Below are positions 10,937-19,624 of a stretch of 64,000 nt of DNA, one piece after another; positions within the stretch are counted from its first letter, which is position 1, and the number at the start of each line of letters is the position of its first letter. Source of the stretch: Spirochaetia bacterium (GTDB taxonomy: Bacteria > Spirochaetota > Spirochaetia > UBA9216); the NCBI GenBank assembly GCA_965140585.1, contig OZ223269.1, positions 352,001-416,000 on the forward strand, given 5' to 3'. A program made the position numbers and the translations under genes. Under the pieces are notes generated by a model that searched no databases, was not told the DNA's origin, and was given only the letters and a program-made list of their open reading frames with translations.

Positions 10937-10986
10937 GATTAAATCCGAACTTATTAATATTTTTCATACTGCATACTATTTCACGG

Positions 10987-11010
10987 GGCTGACAGGGATG
11001 TCGGCCTTTT
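10987..11010 (+). terminator. Intrinsic terminator after the clostripain-like gene
   Basis: GGCTGACA-ggga-TGTCGGCC stem followed by TTTT. Confidence 0.6.
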
Positions 11011-11018
11011 CTTGTCTT

Positions 11019-11062
11019 CTGTAACATTTGTTACAGGCGGGCCTGCTGTTTCAGGTTATAAT
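11019..11062 (+). promoter_or_regulatory. Crp/Fnr (HcpR-like) operator plus -10 box; class II promoter of the cupin gene
   Basis: Perfect palindrome CTGTAACA-tt-TGTTACAG (11019-11036) and TATAAT at 11057-11062. Confidence 0.75.
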
Positions 11063-11086
11063 CGGTACATAGAAGGGACACGCTCT

Positions 11087-11404
11087 ATGAGAATTACAGA
11101 TGCAGAAGAAGGAAAGATTGTTTTTAAAACTGATGGTGTAGTGGGCCGTAGAATATATGAGCATCCTGAAGCTCAGGCAAATATTATAACTATGGAGCCG
11201 GGAGCTGTTATTCCAAAACATTCGGTTACAGTAAAGACCTTCATTTTTGTCCTTGAGGGTGCAGCCACTGTTGTGACCGATGAGAGTTCGGCTGAACTGT
11301 CGGCGGATCAGCTTCTTGAATGTCCGGCAGATCTTCAGAGGCAGGTTGAAAATAATACATCCGGGCGCTTAAGAATTATGGTGGTAAAATCTCCGGCTGA
11401 TTAA
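11087..11404 (+). CDS. Cupin-domain protein
   Basis: MEPGAVIPKH..FIFVLEG cupin_2 pattern. ATG at 11087 has an upstream AGAAGGGA RBS; the ORF-track start at 11012 lies upstream of the promoter. Confidence 0.8.
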   Translation: MRITDAEEGKIVFKTDGVVGRRIYEHPEAQANIITMEPGAVIPKHSVTVKTFIFVLEGAATVVTDESSAELSADQLLECPADLQRQVENNTSGRLRIMVVKSPAD

Positions 11405-11417
11405 ACAGTCGGTATGG

Positions 11418-12083
11418 TTAAAACCAGGGAAGAAGCACCGCAAGGACCTGCCGGTAGGCTTCGGGCCAGAGGTGAACACCTTCAACGGTGTATTCAGCCT
11501 TAAGCCTTCCATTCTCATCTTTTAAAACACTGCTTACATCGATATATTCTGCATTGAAGTCTTCTGCAAGCGTCAGAAGAGCCGTATTTGCCCGGCTGAT
11601 AGCCTCATTCGACCGGATCCGGAACATTTCGATTCTTTCTGCTGCCGGGATGAAGGATTCCTTGACCGGGTTTACCGGATAGTAGGATAATATGTGAATT
11701 TTGCAGTCCGGAAGCTCTTTCCGTACTATGCTCAGAATCTGTCTGTATTTATACATCAGTGTATCCAGGCTGTAGTCGGGGCTGCCGATGTTATTTGAAC
11801 CGATATTGATGAACAGCTTTGACGGAGCCAGATCAAGAATTAGTGTTTCAATATTATCAAGCAGTCCCTGAATGACATCGCCGCTTATGCCCCGGTTATA
11901 GACAGTTTTATCAGAGCCTGCAGCTTTAAGCAGTTCGTCAACCGGGAACTGTTCTGCCAGTGAAGAACCAGCAAACACTATCCGGCCTTTTTGCGCAAGC
12001 GGATTCAGCTGCCTGTATCGTTCAACCTTGATTGCCTTTTCTATGTCAAGAAAATCTACTGCTTCGTCGTTCATGCTATCCAA
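11418..12083 (-). CDS. SGNH/GDSL hydrolase
   Basis: FAGSS, NRGISG, INIGSNN, EGVH blocks. Confidence 0.88.
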   Translation of the reverse strand: MDSMNDEAVDFLDIEKAIKVERYRQLNPLAQKGRIVFAGSSLAEQFPVDELLKAAGSDKTVYNRGISGDVIQGLLDNIETLILDLAPSKLFINIGSNNIGSPDYSLDTLMYKYRQILSIVRKELPDCKIHILSYYPVNPVKESFIPAAERIEMFRIRSNEAISRANTALLTLAEDFNAEYIDVSSVLKDENGRLKAEYTVEGVHLWPEAYRQVLAVLLPWF

Positions 12084-13689
12084 ATACCCTTTTCCCGCCT
12101 GAGAAGGTCATGAAGGTTTTAATATTTCTAAGTTCGAGCGGGTTGCATTCAAACGGATTCCCGTCAAGGACTGTAATATCCGCGGCAAGTCCGGGGATAA
12201 GTTTACCGGTCAGATTTTCGGTGTACATCTGTTTTGATGAAGCTGCGGTATAATGATAAAGAGCCTGCTCAACAGTCAGTTTCTCTTCGGGTATCCATCC
12301 GCCCTCAGGTTTGTTGTCTTCATGCAGCCTTGTTACAGCACGAAAGACTCCAATCATCGGGTTAAGCGGTGATATAGGGTAGTCAGTACCGAAGGAGACC
12401 TCTGCACCGCTTTCTATCAGCGATTTAAACGGCCAGGCCCACCGGCAGCGTTCTTCACCAAGTATTTCATGAAAAGGATGAAGTGCGTATTCCTCGACAA
12501 GCAGGTGATCCGGCTGAACGGATGCTGTGACACTCAGTTTTTTGAATCTGGGGATGTCATCCGGATGTATATCCTCAATATGTTCAATAGTGTGTCTGGT
12601 GTCGTTATATCCGTTTGCATTCCGAACAGCTTCAAAGATATCAAGTGCCGACCTTACAGCGCCTGAACCGCAGGCATGAAAGCGTATTCTTATTCCGTTT
12701 TTATCAAAGAGGATTGCTTTTTTTATAGTACGTTCCATATCTACAAGCAGGGGCGCATTGAAGCCGGCAGGTTCATTATAGGGTTCAACCAGAACTCCTG
12801 TCTGCATGGGGGCTGTTCCGTCAAGAAACTCCTTTACGCCGCTGAAACGCAGATAGTCAGATGCATATTCAGACCTCTGCTCAAGAATATCTTCAAGCGG
12901 CTGCTCCATCGGAAAGACCATATGCATTCTGCAGGTGAGTTTTCCGTCTTTTTCAAGCTTACTGTACAGTGCGGGATCGAGTGAATTGAGGATCTGTATA
13001 TCGCTCATTGATGTAACCCCGCAGCGGGCGGCTTCGGAAAGCAGGTTTTCTGCTGTCGCTCTGAGCCTCTCAGGAGTAAAGCGCAAGGCCTTTGATACAA
13101 CAAGATCCATTGCCTCCGGTTCAAGCAGATATCCTGTAGGATTTCCAATATTATCACGGAAAATTCTTCCGATTGACGGGTCCGGGGTGGCTGATGTTAT
13201 TGCACAGCGTTTTAGAGCTTCCGAATTTACCCAGACACTGTGCATTTCATCATTGAACAGACATACAGGCGTGTTTTTGAAGTATCTGTCCAGTGTTTCC
13301 TTTGAGGGCAGGTTTTTTTTCTCCCAGGTGAAATGCATCCAGCCGAAACCGAAAAGCCAGTCATCAAAGCCCCGGTTTATTTCATCACGGTAGAACTCAG
13401 CTGCTTTTGCAGCGGCTTCTTCTTCTGATCTGCATCCGCCAAGTGAGACAGAGCTTGACTGCAGGCTCCCGAAAAAACCGTGAATATGGCTGTCGCAGAA
13501 TCCGGGCATTATAAGCCGTTCTCCGCAGTCTATTACGGTGTAACCTTGTGCTTCTGAGGGAAGTTCTGCGGATGATTTGAACACATTTTCAATAACTGAA
13601 TCCGCAATTGATACTGCACCGCTGAATACTGCTTCTCTGTCTGCTGTAAATATATTTCTGCTTTTAAGCAGCAGTTTGTTATCTGTCAT
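12076..13689 (-). CDS. Amidohydrolase family 3 (YtcJ-like)
   Basis: MPGFCDSHIH, HACG..A, EHIE, FGTDYP, G.L.PG..AD. Confidence 0.9.
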   Translation of the reverse strand: MTDNKLLLKSRNIFTADREAVFSGAVSIADSVIENVFKSSAELPSEAQGYTVIDCGERLIMPGFCDSHIHGFFGSLQSSSVSLGGCRSEEEAAAKAAEFYRDEINRGFDDWLFGFGWMHFTWEKKNLPSKETLDRYFKNTPVCLFNDEMHSVWVNSEALKRCAITSATPDPSIGRIFRDNIGNPTGYLLEPEAMDLVVSKALRFTPERLRATAENLLSEAARCGVTSMSDIQILNSLDPALYSKLEKDGKLTCRMHMVFPMEQPLEDILEQRSEYASDYLRFSGVKEFLDGTAPMQTGVLVEPYNEPAGFNAPLLVDMERTIKKAILFDKNGIRIRFHACGSGAVRSALDIFEAVRNANGYNDTRHTIEHIEDIHPDDIPRFKKLSVTASVQPDHLLVEEYALHPFHEILGEERCRWAWPFKSLIESGAEVSFGTDYPISPLNPMIGVFRAVTRLHEDNKPEGGWIPEEKLTVEQALYHYTAASSKQMYTENLTGKLIPGLAADITVLDGNPFECNPLELRNIKTFMTFSGGKRVFG

Positions 13690-14297
13690 TTTTTCACCGG
13701 AACCATCTGGGGAACATCCAGCCTGTCTATACCCATAGTTTCGGCAATTTCATTCAGGCGGGCAGGATCAGCCCAAAAGTAAAGTTCACCGCTTTTGCAT
13801 TGTACCCATTCTGAGGGCGTTCCGCTGTGCTTTTCATCTGCAACAGCCTCATACCAGCCTTTGGTCAATTCTTCATCAGTGATTTCATAATTATGCTGCA
13901 GGCTTATATCGGTAACTATGCTGTAGCAGCTGTTTCTGGTAATTTTCCGGTAGCCGCTTCGGTCCCAGATATTCTGCATCGGAATATACTCAAGACCCGT
14001 ACCATTAATTATGATGTAGTCAAACCATGGGCCAATCTCGGTTCCCATGTAAAATAGATGTCCTATACGGCCTTCACTGCGTGAGCCTTCCATAGTTATC
14101 TCTACCTGATATTCCCAGACGGAAGGAAGCGAGACATCAGCTTCGCTCATCTCGGTTTCTGCAGCAAACACGTTATTTATATCTTCTTCCTGTACAGCAG
14201 GCTCTTCTTTTTCTTTACGGCCTGAAGCTGATACATAAAAAGCGGTTAAGGTTAAAATTAAAAACAATAATAATGAAAAGCGGAATAATTTGTTCAT
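13686..14297 (-). CDS. Exported hypothetical protein
   Basis: Signal peptide ending ASGRKE (spirochaete style); overlaps the amidohydrolase start (coupled). Confidence 0.65.
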   Translation of the reverse strand: MNKLFRFSLLLFLILTLTAFYVSASGRKEKEEPAVQEEDINNVFAAETEMSEADVSLPSVWEYQVEITMEGSRSEGRIGHLFYMGTEIGPWFDYIIINGTGLEYIPMQNIWDRSGYRKITRNSCYSIVTDISLQHNYEITDEELTKGWYEAVADEKHSGTPSEWVQCKSGELYFWADPARLNEIAETMGIDRLDVPQMVPVKK

Positions 14298-14386
14298 ATC
14301 TGAATAATAGCAGAAGCTGATTATTAAAACCAGATTTTGAAATTACTTTTATTGTTAGACCGGATAATTTCATCTATAATGAATCG

Positions 14387-15220
14387 ATGAAACTTGAATT
14401 GTCGGGTGGAAGATCAATATCCACAAAAAGAAAGTCTTTTGTAATGGGAATTCTTAACACAACTCCCGATTCTTTTTTTTCAGGCAGCAGGGTGGGGGCC
14501 GATGACGGAAAATCCGCAGCTGAAAAGATGATTCATGCAGGGGCTGATATTATCGATATCGGCGGCGAATCAACCAGACCCGGTTCAGCCTATGTCTCTG
14601 CGGATGAGGAAATCAGCCGGGTTGTTCCGCTTATTGAGACAATCAGATCTTTTTCTGATATTCCGATCTCAATCGATACAAGAAAATCTGCAACTGCCGA
14701 AGCTGCACTTAATGCCGGAGCTGATATAATCAATGACATTTCTGCTCTGGCTGATGATCCCGAACTCGGCTTTCTTGCTGCGGATCGCGATGTCCCCCTG
14801 ATTCTAATGCATATGCGGGGAACTCCCGAAACTATGCAGCAGAATCCTCATTATAACGATACAATAGAAGAGATCCTCACCGAGCTTGAAGTATGTATAA
14901 GAAGGGCAGGCGCCTACGGAATATCCAAAAACAGAATTATACTCGATCCGGGCATCGGATTCGGTAAAAGGCTTGAAGATAACCTTAAAATCTTAAAAGA
15001 AATTAATAGATTTACAGATACAGGTTATCCGATTCTTATCGGTCTTTCACGGAAATCATTTATCGGCGCAGTTACCGGATCGGTTGTTGAAGATCGGCTT
15101 TCTGGAACACTTGCCGCCAATATGCTGAGTGCACTTGCCGGTGCATCAATTCTGAGGGTACATGATGTTCCCGAAACTGTAGCTATGCTTGAAATCATCA
15201 AAGCAGTGGAAGGAGTCTAA
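14387..15220 (+). CDS. folP: Dihydropteroate synthase
   Basis: MGILNTTPDSF, DIGGESTRPG, DPGIGFGK, SRKSF, LRVHDV. Confidence 0.96.
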   Translation: MKLELSGGRSISTKRKSFVMGILNTTPDSFFSGSRVGADDGKSAAEKMIHAGADIIDIGGESTRPGSAYVSADEEISRVVPLIETIRSFSDIPISIDTRKSATAEAALNAGADIINDISALADDPELGFLAADRDVPLILMHMRGTPETMQQNPHYNDTIEEILTELEVCIRRAGAYGISKNRIILDPGIGFGKRLEDNLKILKEINRFTDTGYPILIGLSRKSFIGAVTGSVVEDRLSGTLAANMLSALAGASILRVHDVPETVAMLEIIKAVEGV

Positions 15221-15225
15221 GCCGG

Positions 15226-16026
15226 ATGGAAAAACTGAATCAGTTCTGGGTTTTTAAGGATATAATCCGTCCAGTACTTGATATAGCAATTCTCTCATTT
15301 CTGATCTATCAGATGTACAAGATTCTGATCCAGACCAGAGCTCTGCAGCTGCTGAAAGGCGCTATGCTGATAGTTGGTATCTATTCAGCCGCGTTTATTC
15401 TTCAGCTTGATACACTGCTGTGGATAATGAACGCACTTACAACGCTTCTTGTTGTTGTTCTGGCTGTTGTATTTCAGCCGGAGCTAAGGAGTATTTTTAC
15501 AAAGATCGGCCAGCGTGACTGGTTTAAATCCTCATCTGGGGCAAAACCCAGACAGATCGATTCCGTTCTGAATGCTGTTGATGTTCTTGCAGGAAGGCGC
15601 AGGGGGGCACTAATTGTCTTTTCAAGGAAGATGGGGCTTAAGAACATTGTTGATACCGGCACTCAGCTTGATGCTGAACTCTCCTCAAGCCTTATACTTA
15701 CAATATTCAGCTTTGATACACCTCTGCATGACGGAGCCCTGGTAATTAATCACGGAAGAATCAGCTCCGCAGGCTGTTTTCTTCCCCTTTCTGAGCAGAC
15801 TGATATCCGGCGTTCATTCGGTACCAGACACCGGGCGGCTCTGGGCCTTGCGGAAGAGACAGACGCGGTTGTTCTTGTCGTTTCAGAGGAAACCGGTGCT
15901 GTTTCGCTGGCCTATGACGCCAACCTTTTTTATGATCTCTCAATTGATGAAGTAAAACGAAAACTTAAATACCTCCTCAATTCACGAGAAGAGGTTGCCG
16001 CACCTGAGGGGGCTGACTTTGGATAA
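15226..16026 (+). CDS. cdaA: Membrane diadenylate cyclase
   Basis: Three N-terminal TMs; VFQPELR, TPLHDGA, GTRHRAALG. Confidence 0.95.
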   Translation: MEKLNQFWVFKDIIRPVLDIAILSFLIYQMYKILIQTRALQLLKGAMLIVGIYSAAFILQLDTLLWIMNALTTLLVVVLAVVFQPELRSIFTKIGQRDWFKSSSGAKPRQIDSVLNAVDVLAGRRRGALIVFSRKMGLKNIVDTGTQLDAELSSSLILTIFSFDTPLHDGALVINHGRISSAGCFLPLSEQTDIRRSFGTRHRAALGLAEETDAVVLVVSEETGAVSLAYDANLFYDLSIDEVKRKLKYLLNSREEVAAPEGADFG

Positions 16027-16969
16027 CAAATTTACCCGCATGGTTGAAAGGAACTGGCCCGCCAAGATACTGTCCTTATTTGCAGCAGTTCTGCTGTTCC
16101 TTTTTTACAGGGCATCCAGTCTGGAGGAGCGCTTCATAACTGTCCCCCTCGATCTTATAATTAACGAGGGCTATGCTGTCGCAAGCAATGTTCCTTCAAC
16201 AGTTAAAGTGACACTTCGCGGATCAGAAGAAAATGTCTTTATGATTCTTGAGGATGATATTGAAATATATGCTGATTTTTCAGCACATAATTCCGAAGGA
16301 CAGTTCCGCGAGGTCCTGAAGTTCAGGAAGACCGGCAGCGCCGAAAAGGTTGAGCCGCTTGAAGTAAGAATTGAGCCTGATGAGATTACAGTAGAGCTTG
16401 AGAGGAAAATATCCAGGTTTGTAAAGATACAGCCCCAGCTCAGCGGATATCCGGAAAAAGGCTGGGAACTTGATCAGTATCTTTTAAGTGATGAGAATAT
16501 AATTATTGAAGGTCCGCGCAGTCACATTGAACAGCTTGATTTTGTTCCGACCGAGGATATAAGCCTTGAGGGAAAAAATCAGGATTTTTACATCAGGGCA
16601 AAACTCAAGGTCAACGACCCGTATCTCAGTTTCCCTTCCGGGGATACTGTAGGATTTCAGGGTCTCATAAAGGAAACAATCATTCTCAAAACCTTTGAGG
16701 ATATCGGAATTATATATCTCGATCTCCCTCAGAATCTGTACATAGTGGGAGCACAGGCCTCAGGTCAGATAAAGGTTCAGGGTAAACAGCTCGAACTGGA
16801 AGACACTACAACGGCAGATTTTTCACTGATTGCAGACTGCAGCGAAATTATGGATGAAGGCAGCTTTGATATCAGTATCCAGCCGCTTGTTCCACCGGGA
16901 CTTGCTGTCCTGAAATATTCTCCGGAAGTGATAAATATTGAAGTGAAAAAGGATGATTCAGGTGATTAG
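16019..16969 (+). CDS. cdaR: CdaR/YbbR-domain regulator of CdaA
   Basis: NWPAKILSL TM anchor and YbbR-like repeats; directly after cdaA; TTG start at 16019 behind GAGGGGG. Confidence 0.85.
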   Translation: MDNKFTRMVERNWPAKILSLFAAVLLFLFYRASSLEERFITVPLDLIINEGYAVASNVPSTVKVTLRGSEENVFMILEDDIEIYADFSAHNSEGQFREVLKFRKTGSAEKVEPLEVRIEPDEITVELERKISRFVKIQPQLSGYPEKGWELDQYLLSDENIIIEGPRSHIEQLDFVPTEDISLEGKNQDFYIRAKLKVNDPYLSFPSGDTVGFQGLIKETIILKTFEDIGIIYLDLPQNLYIVGAQASGQIKVQGKQLELEDTTTADFSLIADCSEIMDEGSFDISIQPLVPPGLAVLKYSPEVINIEVKKDDSGD

Positions 16970-17333
16970 AGGAATAGGTGTAGACATAGTGCATGTAGAG
17001 CGTCTTGAGCACTGGGATTCAATTCCAGGACTGATTGAGAGATTTTTCCATCCTCAGGAGATAGCAGATGCCGAATCCCGTAAATCATCACGTGCTGTTT
17101 CTCTTGCCGCAAGATTCGCCGCCAAGGAAGCTCTTGGCAAGGCAATGGGGACCGGCCTTACCGGAATCAATTTAAAAGATATCCAGGTGGTTTCAAACCA
17201 CAACGGGAAACCCGATATAAAAGTCTATGACACGGCAAAGCGGGCTCTTGAAGCGTTCGGTGCACAAAATATCTTTGTATCAATGACACACGAAAGAGAC
17301 AACGCTGTAGCTGTTGTAGTTCTGGAGAGCTGA
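16953..17333 (+). CDS. acpS: Holo-ACP synthase
   Basis: GIGVDIV, LAARFAAKEA.GKA.GTG, SMTHE; GTG at 16962 is an alternative start. Confidence 0.93.
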   Translation: MIQVIRGIGVDIVHVERLEHWDSIPGLIERFFHPQEIADAESRKSSRAVSLAARFAAKEALGKAMGTGLTGINLKDIQVVSNHNGKPDIKVYDTAKRALEAFGAQNIFVSMTHERDNAVAVVVLES

Positions 17334-17334
17334 T

Positions 17335-18183
17335 ATGGCAGAAGGTGAAAGTAAAATAACGTTCTGGTCCAAGAAGGATGTCGAATGCCCTGTATGCGGA
17401 AGCAGTTTTAAGAAAGAGGAACTGCTGACCGGAAGAGGCCGGCTTATTGCCGGTGAGCTTACCGATGAACTGAGGCGGCTTTATGAGCCTTCCCAGAAAT
17501 ATGGAGATGTCTGTCCGCTTAACTATCCGGTTACTGTATGCCCGTCGTGTCTGTATGCCGCATACGGGCAGGATTTTGATCATGTACCTGAATCTGCAGC
17601 AGAAATTCTAAAGAGTGAGACGGATACACGTAAAAACAGCCTGAACAGGATCCTGCCTGATGTTGATTTTACTGATAACCGCGGGCTGAAAGAGGGCGCT
17701 GCCAGTTATTTTCTTGCAATATCCTGTTATGAGCACTTTCCCCATGATCATTCTCCAACAATGAAATGCGGTATCTCCGCTCTTCGTGCAGCGTGGATTT
17801 TTACTGATCTGCATAGACGCTATCCAAATGATAACTATGATTATCTTTCAAAGATTTTCTATCACAAGGCTCAGTTTTTCTACAGCCTGGCAGTTGAATA
17901 TGAACAGGATGCTACTGAAAGTCTTGCCGAAGTTCAACATCTGGGGCCCGATCTTGATAAGAACTATGCTCATGACGGAGTCTTTTATCTGAGCGGACTT
18001 CTTGAATACAGATATGGAAGCAAAGATGATTTTGAAGTCAGAAAAAAACGGCTTGAATTTGCAAAGAGGGCGGTAGCCAGGCTTTTCGGAATGGGAAAGG
18101 CTTCCAAGGATAAGCCTTCAGCGCTTCTTGAACACGCAAAAGACCTTTATGAAAAAATGTCTTCAGAGATGAACGAAGGCTGA
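17335..18183 (+). CDS. DUF2225 family protein (Zn-ribbon plus helical repeats)
   Basis: CPVC...CPSC.YAA, LRAAW; usual position between acpS and truA in spirochaetes. Confidence 0.8.
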   Translation: MAEGESKITFWSKKDVECPVCGSSFKKEELLTGRGRLIAGELTDELRRLYEPSQKYGDVCPLNYPVTVCPSCLYAAYGQDFDHVPESAAEILKSETDTRKNSLNRILPDVDFTDNRGLKEGAASYFLAISCYEHFPHDHSPTMKCGISALRAAWIFTDLHRRYPNDNYDYLSKIFYHKAQFFYSLAVEYEQDATESLAEVQHLGPDLDKNYAHDGVFYLSGLLEYRYGSKDDFEVRKKRLEFAKRAVARLFGMGKASKDKPSALLEHAKDLYEKMSSEMNEG

Positions 18184-18189
18184 GCCTGA

Positions 18190-18945
18190 ATGAGAAATAT
18201 CAGGCTTACAATCTCATACGACGGTACAAATTTTAACGGCTGGCAGGTTCAGAAGAACGGCAGGACTGTGCAGGAAGAGATTGAAAAAGCGCTTCAGACC
18301 ATTCATGGAAAGGCTGTACGGCTGACCGGCTCGGGACGGACTGATTCCGGAGTGCATGCAAACGGGCAGGTTGCAAATTTCTATACCGAAAAGGATAACA
18401 TCCCCGATTACAAGTTTACTGACGCGCTTAATTCTCTTCTTCCCGGTGATGTCACTATTCTTTCATCCGGTGAAGCAGGTGAAAAATTTCATTCAAGGTT
18501 TGATGCAAAAATTAGAATTTACCGCTATTATATACGTGCAGGCGGCCGAAGTCTGCCCCATGAAGATAAATACTGCTGGCGGCTGCGCCAGACGCCGGAT
18601 ATAAGATTGCTCAACCGGCTGACTGCCCCGCTTGCAGGAGTCCATGATTTTACTGCGTTTACTGCAGCCGGAGACCCAAGCGAATCAAAGGTTCGCCGGC
18701 TTTACAGTGCCGTTTTCTATCCGCAGCATGAATTCCTCGTGTTTAAGATTGCGGGGAACGCGTTTTTATGGCGGATGGTCAGAAGCATCGTCGGGACTGC
18801 TGTTCAGCTTGAATCAGACGGGGCAGATGCATCGGCGATGGGCAGAATTCTTGATAGCGGCATCCGTGAAAAGGCAGGGACTACAGCACCGGCAAAAGGA
18901 CTATTTCTGGACAGGGTAATTTATAATGAACGAGACTTTTTCTGA
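18190..18945 (+). CDS. truA: tRNA pseudouridine(38-40) synthase
   Basis: YDGTNFNGWQ, GRTDSGVHA, HDFTAF, FLWRMVR, APAKGL. Confidence 0.96.
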   Translation: MRNIRLTISYDGTNFNGWQVQKNGRTVQEEIEKALQTIHGKAVRLTGSGRTDSGVHANGQVANFYTEKDNIPDYKFTDALNSLLPGDVTILSSGEAGEKFHSRFDAKIRIYRYYIRAGGRSLPHEDKYCWRLRQTPDIRLLNRLTAPLAGVHDFTAFTAAGDPSESKVRRLYSAVFYPQHEFLVFKIAGNAFLWRMVRSIVGTAVQLESDGADASAMGRILDSGIREKAGTTAPAKGLFLDRVIYNERDFF

Positions 18946-19624
18946 TTACATTGATTTGATAAATACAGCGGAAGATTTTATCCGGGACGGGTGGAAAACT
19001 CGGGGAAAACGGCAGAATTACAGTATAACTCCGGCAGCTGATGCAGGTGGAAGCTCAGACGATAGTCTGAAAAGTATAGCCGCAGAAATAGGCGGATGTA
19101 CCGTCTGCCGGCTTGCTTCAACCCGAACTAATGTTGTTCCTGGAGAGGGTTCTATAAACCCTGTTGTTATGTTTATAGGGGAAGGTCCCGGCGCGGATGA
19201 AGACCGCAGCGGCAGACCCTTTGTAGGGAAGGCCGGACAGTATCTTGATAAATGGGTTTCAGCTATAGGACTGGACAGACAGAAAGACTGCTTTATAGGC
19301 AATATAATAAAATGCCGTCCTCCTGGAAACCGTGATCCCCTGCCTGATGAAATAGGTGCCTGCAGGCATTTTCTGGACCGGCAGCTTGCCCTTCTTAAAC
19401 CGCTGACAATTGTAACCCTGGGACGTTTTGCCTCTCAGGTAATATGCAGCAGTGATGACGGTATCGGCCGTTTAAGAAACCATACCTTTTATTACAACGA
19501 TATTCCCGTCATTCCCACTTATCACCCCAGCGCAGTACTTAGAAATCCCGAACTCAGATCTGCTGTCTGGGACGATCTTAGAAGGCTTAATAATCTAATA
19601 GAGTCTCTGGCTTCCGGCAAATGA
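18926..19624 (+). CDS. Uracil-DNA glycosylase, family 4 (Fe-S)
   Basis: CTVCRL, GEGPG..ED..GRPFVG, KCRPP.NR, TYHPS. Confidence 0.92.
   Translation: MNETFSDYIDLINTAEDFIRDGWKTRGKRQNYSITPAADAGGSSDDSLKSIAAEIGGCTVCRLASTRTNVVPGEGSINPVVMFIGEGPGADEDRSGRPFVGKAGQYLDKWVSAIGLDRQKDCFIGNIIKCRPPGNRDPLPDEIGACRHFLDRQLALLKPLTIVTLGRFASQVICSSDDGIGRLRNHTFYYNDIPVIPTYHPSAVLRNPELRSAVWDDLRRLNNLIESLASGK

Noticed and set aside
11012-11086. N-terminal extension of the cupin in the ORF track
   Set aside because: It overlaps the operator and the -10 box; the RBS supports ATG 11087
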